From Lama glama (lineage: Eukaryota), in contig CM052817.1 in the NCBI GenBank assembly GCA_028534125.1, positions 21,206,001-21,270,000 on the forward strand: a stretch of 64,000 nt of DNA, given 5' to 3'. The position numbers and the translations under genes were made by a program. Under the pieces are notes generated by a model. That model saw only the letters and a program-made list of their open reading frames with translations, was not told the DNA's origin and ran no database searches. This document shows, piece after piece, positions 13,150 to 23,978 of this stretch; position 1 is the stretch's first letter, and each line of letters opens with the position of its first letter.

Positions 13150-13735
13150 GATGCTTAGAATACCTCAATAAATAAAATATCCCTAAATCTGCAGAGCTTA
13201 CATTCTAGTGAAAGAGACAGAGAGGAAACAATGTATATAATTACCAAGTAAATTATATAGTACATTAGGAGGTGACATGAGCTATGATTATTATTATTAT
13301 AAGGATAAAAGAACAAGACCAGAGAAGAAAGAACATGATTCTGTGAAAGTTACTGTCTGGGAGATGATAAGCAATTTAATATTGAGTGATCACGATATGT
13401 CTCATTGAGAACTTGACATTTGTGCAAATGCTTGAATGAGGTGAAGCAGGTTGCCATGTGGATATTGAGGGGAACAGTGTTCTAGGAAGGGAGAACAACT
13501 GGCACAAAGGCTCTGAGGACTGAATATCTTTCAATGCTCAAGGAATAGAAAACAGGCCAGGAGGTTTCAATGGGAGTTATGAGGGGCAAATAGTAGATGA
13601 GATCAGAAAAGGAATAGGGAATTCAGATTATGCAGGCCCTTGATACTATTAAAGGATTTTGGCTCTTACACTGAGAAGTTTTGTAGAATAACATGATCTC
13701 ACTTTATTTGAAATGATCATTCTTACGGCTGAATT
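13150..13735 (-). mobile_element. L2 LINE fragment
   Basis: 'gagcttacattctagtgaaagagacag', 'gtgttctaggaagggagaacaactggcacaaaggctctgagg', 'cagattatgcaggcccttg'. Confidence 0.8.
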
Positions 13736-14454
13736 TCCACAGCACTGTCAATAAGTGTCTTTTGCCTTTTTAAAAAAAAAATACTCTTTTAAGGTAATCA
13801 CAAAATCCTAATTTCTAGAATATTTAGAACTAAATATTATACTTTATCCTAACCCCTCAGAATTTCTGGTAGTGTTGGACATACAGGTAAAGCATTCAGG
13901 AAAAACATAATATTTGATTAAGCACACAATCATTAATTCAACCAACAAATGTATTTGAACTCTCTGTAAGAGTCTGATACTTAAGATGCAGTAATGAACA
14001 AAGAACATGAAAATTGCTGACCTCAGTGTAGCTTATATGACAGGACAATCGTATGTCCAGTGACTAAATACAGCTTTTGCTTAAAATCTGGGTAGTAATA
14101 AGATTGTTTTTACTAAACTGCTTTTCCTATAATATTGTGATTGCTGGTGTTTATGAACTGCCACCTAAACTTGCGGGTGGATGAGACTCTGCTCATATTA
14201 CACTACTCGATCACAGTCATCAGAGCATCCTGCATTCACCTACACAGCACGCTCAGAAGTCACTTGCTTTCCTGTGCTTTTATCCCTGAGGGTAGGGAAC
14301 AGTTGTCTTTGAATTCTTCCGTTGTCCTGTCTAGAAATCTGAGTAAAGAAGGTGGTTGGGAAAGATGTGATGGATGTCGGAAAACTTTACCACATAATGA
14401 GAATAATTTCAAGTTTTACAGATAATAAAATATTTGCATATATTAGAAAACCAA

Positions 14455-14555
14455 TCTTTGAGCTTCAATCTCATCTGTGAAACTGGCATATTAATGAGCT
14501 ACCTCACTACATGATTGTGAGAATTTTAAAAGATAAAGGTGTGGTAGTGCTTTGA
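14455..14555 (+). mobile_element. MIR fragment
   Basis: 'ctttgagcttcaatctcatctgtgaaactggcatattaat...ctacctca...attgtgagaatt'. Confidence 0.6.
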
Positions 14556-15862
14556 TTAACTTGCATTCCCATCTTACTGTCAATTAAGTAATTATAGGTA
14601 TTATTTCACCCCCAATTGCAATTTAAATTATGAAAAGGTTAAATGTCCTGTGTTTTTTAAAGTAAGCTACCTCAATGAACTGAACAAATTGTATAATAAA
14701 AATTCTCAGCCCAGTTCTTAGAACCTGGACCTACTTCAACATTTTAATATCAGTAGCTTTCCTATATTATCGAAATACAACTTTAACCTGTATTCATAAT
14801 TATAATGCATATATATGTATATTCTTATATAAAATTCATTCTTAAAATATCTATTTTCAATCAGTGAGCATAAAACAGGTTAAAAAACTAAATGGACAAT
14901 GTAATATGGTTCTGTGGTAATTATGTCACAAAAAATTTCATTTTCTAGGATTCTGTGTAACAGAGTTAGTATCAACCATTTAAGGATTCATCAATATAAA
15001 GTACATCTGAAGGCAAAAAGGCATATTTCAGTGAACACTTAAAGTAGTTTCAGAAAAGAGAAAATTGAATTAATAATTAACTAATTCTTTCTAAAAAGGC
15101 CTCATTTGGCAGGTTGGAAAAGCAGATGGCTCATCCAGACTGACAGAAGCTTATTAAGATCTGAAAAAAGTGGTTCTCTCTATTGGTTTTGCAATGCCAG
15201 TGCAGTTTAATCCATAAGAGAAAGGTAGTTTGTTGCAAAAGACAGGTGTGTTATTATTAATATGAAAATTAACCGGTTTCCTTTTTATAAAAATATTATA
15301 AACCTATCTAAAACATTTCATACAGAAAGGGATATAATCGTTGCAAAGTGCAGGGCCCAACCCCAAATGTGAATCCAGGTTGTTTCTTAGCTTGCCACCA
15401 CCATGGAACCACTCTTTCCAATGAATAATGTATTACTTGCCTTGGGCCCACCAAAAATGTAATAAGAAGGTCAATTTCTGGTTGGTCTTTATGAATTTTG
15501 AAGAAATCACACCCAACATTTAGGGATACTAATTTATCTTAACTACCAAATAATTGACATAGAGTTCATGCAATGATTTCTTTACAAAAATTCACTGCAT
15601 AGTGGAGGAAAAAAACTTAGTGTTGAATTACACTAAGTGTAAAATTCTTGCATCATTTTTTTTCTTTGAAAAAGATAATTGGTGATATAGTTCTTGCTAT
15701 AGAACTCCTCAAGGAAACTCTATGAATAAAGGCTGTATATCTAGAAACATACCAAGTGTGGTGGAAAGGAAAATATCAAGGAAACACTTGAGCAGGTGGC
15801 TGCAGGCTCTGAGGGTCATGCCCATCTTCCGCTGACACTTTGCCCCTGACATAATGCAACAG

Positions 15863-16362
15863 NNNNNNNNNNNNNNNNNNNNNNNNNNNNNNNNNNNNNN
15901 NNNNNNNNNNNNNNNNNNNNNNNNNNNNNNNNNNNNNNNNNNNNNNNNNNNNNNNNNNNNNNNNNNNNNNNNNNNNNNNNNNNNNNNNNNNNNNNNNNNN
16001 NNNNNNNNNNNNNNNNNNNNNNNNNNNNNNNNNNNNNNNNNNNNNNNNNNNNNNNNNNNNNNNNNNNNNNNNNNNNNNNNNNNNNNNNNNNNNNNNNNNN
16101 NNNNNNNNNNNNNNNNNNNNNNNNNNNNNNNNNNNNNNNNNNNNNNNNNNNNNNNNNNNNNNNNNNNNNNNNNNNNNNNNNNNNNNNNNNNNNNNNNNNN
16201 NNNNNNNNNNNNNNNNNNNNNNNNNNNNNNNNNNNNNNNNNNNNNNNNNNNNNNNNNNNNNNNNNNNNNNNNNNNNNNNNNNNNNNNNNNNNNNNNNNNN
16301 NNNNNNNNNNNNNNNNNNNNNNNNNNNNNNNNNNNNNNNNNNNNNNNNNNNNNNNNNNNNNN
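15863..16362. other. Assembly gap (exactly 500 N)
   Basis: Run of N; the round length suggests a placeholder size. Confidence 0.99.
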
Positions 16363-17402
16363 GGAATGGGAGAAAATTTTTGCAAATGAAACCGACAAAG
16401 GCTTGATCTCCAGAATATATAAGCAGCTCATACAACTTAATAATAAACAACCAAACAACCCAATCCAAAAATGGGCAAAAGACCTGAACAAGCAATTCTC
16501 CAAGGAAGACATACAATTGATCAATAAGGACATGAAAAAATGCTCCATATCACTATTATCAGAGAAATGCAAATCAAAACTACAATGAGGTATCACCTCA
16601 CACCAGTCAGAATGGCCATCATTCAAAAATCCACAAATGACAAATGCTGGAGAGGCTGTGGAGAAAGGGGAGCCCTCCTACACTGCTGGTGGGAATGCAG
16701 TTTGGTGCAGCCACTGTGGAAAACAGTATGGAGATTCCTCAAAAGACTCAGAATAGACTTACTGTATGACCCAGGAATCCCACTCCTGGGCATATATCCT
16801 GAAGGAACCCTAATCCAAAAAGACCCCTGCACCCCAATGTTCATAGCAGCACTATTTACAATAGCCAAGACATGGAGACAGCCTAAATGTCCATCAACAG
16901 ATGACTGTATAAAGAAGAGGTGGTATATTTATACAATGGAATACTACTCAGCCATAAAAACTGACAACATAATGCCATTTGCAGCAACATGAATGCTCCT
17001 GGAGAATGTCATTCTAAGTGAAGTAAGCCAGAAAGAGAAAGAAAAATACCATATGAGATCGCTCATATGTGGAATCTAAAAAAATAAAACAAAACAAAAA
17101 CAAACAACCAAACATAAATACAAAACAGAAACAGACTCATAGACATAGAATAGAAACTTGTGGTTGTCAAGGGGGCGGAGGGTGGGAAGGGATAGACTAG
17201 ATTTCAAAATTGTAGGATAGATAAAGAAGATTAGACTGTGTAGCACTGGGAAATATACACGAGATCTTACGGTAGCTCACAGAGAAAAAAATGTGACAAT
17301 GAGTGTGTATATGTCCATGAATGACTGAAAAATTGTGCTGAACACTGGTATTTGACACAACATTGTGAAATGATTATAAATCAATAAAAAATGTTAAAAA
17401 AA
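16363..17402 (+). mobile_element. Young L1: ORF2 C-terminus, 3'UTR and A-tail; 5' part lost in the gap
   Basis: Translates [18 protein letters not shown].., then a frameshift at ~16555 into [41 protein letters not shown] (L1 CCHC motif); premature TGA at 16990-16992; AATAAA and A-tail at ~17383-17402. Confidence 0.97.
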
Positions 17403-18363
17403 TGTGTTCCTAAAGGCATATTTGCTGGATGAATGGAATGCAGAGTTTATGAATATAAGCTATAGACACAGAAAAATCAGATGCATGAGATCGGTTAATA
17501 TGGGAAGCCAAATAGCACATAAGTGTGGGTCTATTTGGGATGATTACCTTAACAATTAGCAAATTCTACATAAACATATCTGAGTCCAAGACTCACCTAT
17601 GCTATAGACTGAGACTTTCTACCAGTGAAACTTCTATAGGACAGCATCTTGAATTGCTGTCAGAAGTATTTCTTTGGATTTATGTCCACAGTACCAGACA
17701 AGTTTAAGGGATTATAATCCAACAGTAAATTGAACATTAACTTAAAAAAGAAAAAAAAACTTGTATGGCTTTGCTTTTGTAGTTCCTGCAAATGATACTA
17801 CAAGAAAGGCTTAGAACTATTACATTGTTTGTTTTTCATCAATTTCATCTTTCATCAAAGCAGACCTCCTGCTTAGATCTCTGACCAAAGAGTGACTTCA
17901 TATACTCTGTAGAATAGAGAGGACAAAGCACCATATTATAAAATATTACTTTTCTATCCATTTATACTACCAGAGCAATAAATTAAATAAGATTGTACTG
18001 GGCAGACAAACCAGCTATTACATAAAATGAGTAAACTTTGGAAGGGACATTAAAGGCTAACTTGTGAATTGGAAAAAAAAAGTATAATGGAAGATTTTAT
18101 GAAGTTTTGATTAAAGCTGAAATAATTATGCAGCATTACATGAAGGTTTTAGGATGATGTTATGGAAATACTTTGCCTATTATATGATAATGCCTCACAA
18201 AAATGTTACCAAATCACCTAATACTTCTTTCTGCTAATAGCCATTACTCTTTATTTTACTTTACCTAACATGTGATGAATTGGTATTTATAGAAAATAAG
18301 GGGTAAAAGCATGGAAGACATTGAACAATTAGGTAGGATCAAAGTAGGGTAGGAAACTAAGAA

Positions 18364-18683
18364 TAAGCATACCTCATTTTATTGTGATTCACTTTATTGC
18401 AGTCCATAGATATTGCATTTTTTACAAATTGAAGTTTTGTGACAATCTTGTGTTGTCAGTTAATGGTAAGCATTTTTTTAAACAATCGAGTATTTTTTAT
18501 TAAGGTATGCACCTTGGTCTTTAGACATAATTCTATTGCACACTTAATAGGCCACAGTATGGTATAAACATAACATTTATATACACTGGGAACCCCACAA
18601 ATTAGTATGACTTGCTTTATTGCCATATTAACTTTACTGCAGGGGTCTGGAACCAAACTCACAAAATGTCCACAGTGTGCCTA
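18364..18683 (+). mobile_element. Tigger1-derived non-autonomous DNA transposon (TcMar-Tigger; Tigger1a-like internal deletion)
   Basis: 5' 'taagcatacctcattttattg...tttacaaattgaag' and 3' 'tctggaaccaaactcacaaaatgtccacagtgtgccta' match Tigger1 ends (CAGGCATACCTC TIR); TA follows the 3' end; ends joined near 18452. Confidence 0.9.
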
Positions 18684-19519
18684 TAATTATCCAGTGAGTA
18701 TGATTGTACTACATATTTGGTGGCTTAGTGTACAAACATTAATGAGCTGAGAATTTTCAGGAGACAGCCAAATAGACAATCTAAATGGTGATATATAAAA
18801 TTGTATAAGACCCTTCCTTCATGTTAGTTTAATAGCTTGATCTCAGCACATAGCTTTTATAAACCAGAGTATGTAATTTCAATAATAAGCAGTTAAGCAA
18901 AGACAAACATGGCTGAAATGCATGATGAATCCTAAGCATTTACTCAATTTTCTGTTAGTCTGTTTTTACTCTTTAATACCCATACTGTGTTCACAGTATC
19001 CTAAGTGTTTGTGGTTTTTAGAGTAAAATGAGTTAGAAAATTTTCATGAGGAAAAAAATAGTATCTATTAAAAAAAAAAAAAACACCCAGGGCAACTTTC
19101 CTGTGTTTGTTTTCTGCCCTTCCCTCACTGTTGTAAGCATTTTCATCAACACCCACCACACACTGCACAGGCAGCCATCTGTGTTTCTGTCTTTAAGAAG
19201 TTATATCCTACAAGTCTTTCCTCATGACACTGCTGCCTATTACATAAATCACAGAGACATTCAACCCTTTGGAATGGAATCAGAAACCCACAAAGCTGAC
19301 TGCTGTCAGGACTCATAAGGAGTGCAATTAATAAATTTATTATTTAGGAGTGGAGTTGTTTCCATTCCAAAAATTCATGCAAAATTGGAGCGTTGGCCAC
19401 AGAGCGCTTATCAAAGTAAGTAAGCTAAAAGTCTTTTCATCTTCAAGTTCACCCATTTGACAGTCATTATGTTTTCTGCTTCATCTCTGCTTCTGTAAGC
19501 TCTGCTAGTGTCAGAACAC

Positions 19520-19620
19520 ATAACTCACTCACTCAATCAACAAAGATTCACTTAGTGCCAGTTTTCGTGTGTGATGAACAAGAGAAATCCCTGCCATCAT
19601 GTAGCATATGATCTAGACTT
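19520..19620 (-). mobile_element. L2 3' end fragment
   Basis: 'ctcactcactcaatcaacaaagatt...gatgaacaagagaaatccctgccatcatgtagcat'. Confidence 0.6.
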
Positions 19621-20079
19621 TAAAATTTATTTCTGTCCTCGAAACCACAAACATAGCAGCATTTATAAAATTGAAAAAATATATAAATAATAATGATATT
19701 AAAGAGAAATAAAAACTTAAAAATTAAAGACAGCAAAACTGGCATGCCTACTAGCAGAAAAACAATATGATATAGTTAAATATCAGCTAAAACAAAGTTT
19801 CATAAAGTTGGGGGGGTGCAGTGTTGTCATCAAGATGTCAACATCGGTTGTTCCTGACTTCAGTTTTCTCACAAGTAGACCAACTAACTCACGGATAAGA
19901 CACCATTGTGAAAGTCCCAGAATGCAGGGTTAAGGCTAAAGAAATGCCCTAGGCAGTAGAGAACAAAAAGGACCACATTAGAAGCGTAAGAGGAATAGTT
20001 CCAGTTTTATCATATTGTCCCTTGAGTGCCCACCTAGGCCTACAGTTTCCTCAATGGGAAAAAGAGAACCCAAAGTAGA

Positions 20080-20915
20080 CAGAGCACCCTCAGAGCCTAA
20101 CTCTAGTACTGCCCAGCCATAGAACAGAGTTTACCGCCCTACGCAGCAGCAAAGCTCTGCAAATTGTCCTCCCAGAATGGCTGAACACAGCCTAAAGGCC
20201 CACTAGTAGCAGACACCAGACTACAGCCCTGCCTGATAGCTGAACACACCCTGCAGCTCACCTAGGCGAGGAGTTCAGCCATTGACCTTGCCCAACCCAA
20301 CCAGAGAGCCTGGACAGTGATCCCACCCAGCGACAGAGCACAGTCTCTAGCCCCACCCAACTGTGAAGTATAGATGGAGGCCCTACCTGATAGTTGAGCC
20401 CAACCAGCAACACCACTTAACAGTGGAGGACAGCCAATAGTTTATCTGATGACAAAGCCCAGCTTGCAACTCATCCTGATGCTGACATAGAGCCTGCTGG
20501 CCCAACTGGTTGCAAACCATAGCCTGAAAACCCATCTGAGCATAAAACACAGCTTACAGCCCTACCTGAATACTGAATTCAGCCAACTGAACCATCCAAT
20601 CAGGGAGCACAACTTGAGGCTTCACCCAACTGGTTGCAATAACAGAGCCATATCCCTGCTTTATCATGGAATCCAACCAGTGGCACCACCCTGCAAGAGA
20701 ACACAGTTTGAGATTCAACCCAACCAGAGGTGATTTCAGAGCCCAGGGAGTTGCCTCATGTGACTGCAGAGCACAGCAGGTAGTCCCACACTAGCAGTGA
20801 GCCCATTCATTGGCCCTACTTGAACACAAAGCCCAGTCAAGGTAACTCCCTCAAACCTCAGAGCACAGGCAGTGGCCCTGCCCATGTAGAGAGCCCAATA
20901 GAAAGACCCACTTGC
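20080..20915 (+). repeat. Degenerate 30-bp tandem array in the L1 5'UTR
   Basis: GAGC[CA]-like motif at 20306, 20336, 20366, 20396, 20426 and CCCACC-like motif at 20321, 20351, 20381, 20411 (period 30). Confidence 0.8.
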
Positions 20916-21849
20916 CATGAACGCTATCTGCTGATCTATCCAGTATCCTCCAACAATCTGACTGGAGAAGGTCTTTCACTGCTAAAACAAACCTATAAAA
21001 TCCAAGAGGAGACCTCATACTCAACTACACAGATACCAATGAAGTGCTACAAAGATCATGAAGAATCAGGGAAACATAACATTTCCAAAGGAAACTATTA
21101 AAGCTACAATAACTGATCATACAGAAATGAAGATCTATGATCTAGCTGATGAAGAATTTAGAATAATCCTCCTAAAAGCTCAGCAAAATATAAGAACAAA
21201 GACTAACAACTAAACAAAATTAGAAAATCAATGCATGAAAAAGAAAAGTTCACTAAAAATAAAGAAATTATATTATAAAAAGAAATGCTAGAGCTGAGGA
21301 ACATAATAACCGAACTAAAGAATTCAATGAAGAACTTCAACAGCAGACTTTAACAAGCAGAAGAAAGAATCAGTGAACTTGAAGACAAATTGTTTGAGAT
21401 TTTTCAGTCAGAGGAGCAAAGGGAAAAAGAACAACAACAAAAAAGTAAAGAAAGCCTAAAGGATTTATAGAAACAATTATAAGAAATTATATATACATTA
21501 TGGAAATCCCAGAAGGAAACGATAAAAAGAAATTCAGGCATCCATTGAGGCTCAAAAGATTGAACCAAAAAGGGCTACACCCAGACACATTATAATTGAC
21601 TTGTCGAAGTCAAACATAAAGAAAGAATTTTGAAAGCAGCAAGAGAAGATACTCTTCACATGTAAGGAAGCCCCCATAAGACTATCAGTGGCTTTCACAG
21701 CAGAAATTTTGCAGGAGAGGAGAGAATGGAATGAAAAATTCAAAATATTGAAGAAAATTGTCACTCATGAATACTATACATAATAAAGCTATTTTTAAGG
21801 AAAAAAGAAAGATAAATACTTTTCCAAATAATTAAAAGCTGAGAGAGTT

Positions 21850-22184
21850 AAAAAGGACACAAATGAACTTATTTACAAAACAGAGACAGACTCACAGACG
21901 TAGAAAACAAACTATGGTTACCAGGGATAAAATAGGTAGGGAGGGATAAATTGGGAGTTCGGGATTTTTACATACTAACTACTATATATAAAACAGATGA
22001 ACAGCAAGACCCTACTCTATGGCACAGGGAACTATATTCAATACCTTGTAATGGCCTATAATAAAAAAGAATATGAGAAGTCATACATATTAATCACTAG
22101 GCTGTATACCAAAAATTAACACAACATTGTGAATCAATTCTACTTCACTTAAAAAAACAAAAACAAAACAAAACAAAAAAACCC
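21850..22184 (+). mobile_element. Nested younger L1 3'UTR fragment inside ORF1 of the old L1
   Basis: 'aaaggacacaaatgaacttatttacaaaacagagacagactcacagac...' with (CAAAA)n tail; TSD AGAGAGTT at 21842-21849 and 22185-22192. Confidence 0.93.
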
Positions 22185-23716
22185 AGAGAGTTTATCAACA
22201 CTAGACCTGCCTTACAAGAAAAGCTAAAGGGAATTCTACAAGCTGAAATGAAAGGGTGATGACATGGTAAAATATATGAATACATAAAATAGATCAGTAA
22301 AAGTAAATATAGTTAACATCAAATTCACTACTATTGTAATGGTGGTATGTAAATAATTTATAGCTCACTTTAAAAGTTAAAAATAAACCTGTTAAAATAA
22401 CTATAACTAGAATAATTTTTTACTGGTTACACAAAACACAAAATTGTAACATCAATAACCTTATGTAATGGGAAGTATAAAGTTTCTGCATACTCTGGAA
22501 ATTAAGTTATTATCAGCTTAAAATAGGATGTTACAACTATACAATATTTTATGTTAGCCTCATGGTAACCACAAAAAAAAATATGAAGTAAATACTCAAA
22601 AGATTTTGATAAAGGAGTCAGAGTATACTGCCCCAATGTCATTGTATCACAAACAAAAACAGCTAGAGAGTAAATAAGAAAAAAAGGATCTACAAAACAG
22701 TCAGAAAACAATTATAGGAAAGATAATCCTAAATCCTTTCCTATCAGTAATTACTTTAAAGATAAATGGGTTAAATTATCCTGTCAAAAGACAAAGATTA
22801 GCTGAATGGATAAAAAAACAAGATCTAGCATTTGTTACATACAAGAGATTCACTGTAGATTTAAGAACACACACAGGCAGAGAGTAAAAGGACAGAGAAA
22901 GATATTTCAAGCAAATGATTACCAAAACAGGCAGGGTTAGTAATACTCATATTACATAAAATAAATTTGCTGCTAAAAGGGTCACAAGACAAACAAGGTC
23001 ACTGGATAATAATAAAGTGGTCATCAAAAAAAAAAAGTTGTCATCAATTTGTCAAGATATGTAATAATTGTAAATATTTATGTACCCAATGTCGGAGCAC
23101 ATAAATATATAAAACAAATATTAAGAAAATTAAAAGGAGAAATAAACAGCAATACACTAATAGTGGGGGAATTTATTACCCTACTCTCAATAATACATAG
23201 ATTACTCAGACAGAAAAATGATAAACAGCAGATTTGAACAACAATAAACCAAATGAACCTAACAGATTTACACAGAGCATCCCATTCAACAGCATTAGAA
23301 TACATATACTTCTCAAGCTCACATAAAACATTTTCTAGGGTAGATCACATGTTAGGCCACATACACATACAAAAAAAAAAACAAAACTCAAAAAATTCAA
23401 GATGATAGAAAATATACCAAGAATCATTTCCAGCCACAATGTTATGAAACTAGAAATCAATGACAGGATGAATTCTGAAAATTTTAGAAATACATGGAAA
23501 TACATAACACATTCTTGAACAACCAATGGATCAAAAAAATAAATCAAAATGGAAACAAAGAAATATATTTAGACAAGCAAGAATAGAAACAAGATATACC
23601 AAAACTTAAGGGAGGTAGCAAAAGCAGTTCTAGAAAGAAAGTTTGTAACTATAAATGCATACATCAAAAAGAAAGACCTCAGGTAAACAATCTAATATTA
23701 CACATCAACAAACTAG

Positions 23717-23976
23717 GGAGGAGGGTATAGCTCAAGTGGTAAGAGTGTGTGCTTAGCATGCATGAGGTCCTGGATTCAATCCCCAGTACCTCCTCTAAGA
23801 ATCAATCAATCAATCAATCAATCAATAACTGAATTACTTCCCCCCACCAAATAAAAGGAAGGAAGGAAGGAAGGAAGGAAGGAAGGAAGGAAGGAAGGAA
23901 GGAAGGAAGGAAGGAAGGAAGAAAGAAGAAGGAAGGAAGGAAGGAAGGAAGGAAGGAAGGAAGGAAGGAAGGAAGG
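23717..23976 (+). mobile_element. tRNA-Ala-derived camelid SINE (vic-1 type) nested in L1 ORF2
   Basis: Head 'ggagggtatagctcaagtggtaagagtgtgtgcttagcatgcatgaggtcctggattcaatccccagtacctcc' resembles tRNA-Ala(AGC) with A/B boxes; (AATC)6; (GGAA)n tail; TSD AAACTAG at 23710-23716 and 23977-23983. Confidence 0.93.
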
Positions 23977-23978
23977 AA
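23857..23978. repeat. (GGAA)n microsatellite with a GAAAGAAGAA interruption
   Basis: Directly visible; interruption at 23921-23930. Confidence 0.98.

Noticed and set aside
15709..16626. Longest ORFs in the track (189-305 aa)
   Set aside because: They read through the 500-N gap; the real residues are L1 sense/antisense or flanking non-coding sequence
16540..16992. 150-aa ORF with a CCHC motif as a cellular gene
   Set aside because: It is an L1 ORF2 C-terminal fragment bounded by a frameshift and a premature stop
20080..20915. 30-bp periodic array as CRISPR-like
   Set aside because: Units are contiguous and degenerate with no unique spacers or cas genes, and they lie in a mammalian L1 5'UTR
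23717..23795. tRNA-Ala gene
   Set aside because: It has a mutated B box, a SINE body, a simple-repeat tail and a TSD, so it is a SINE head
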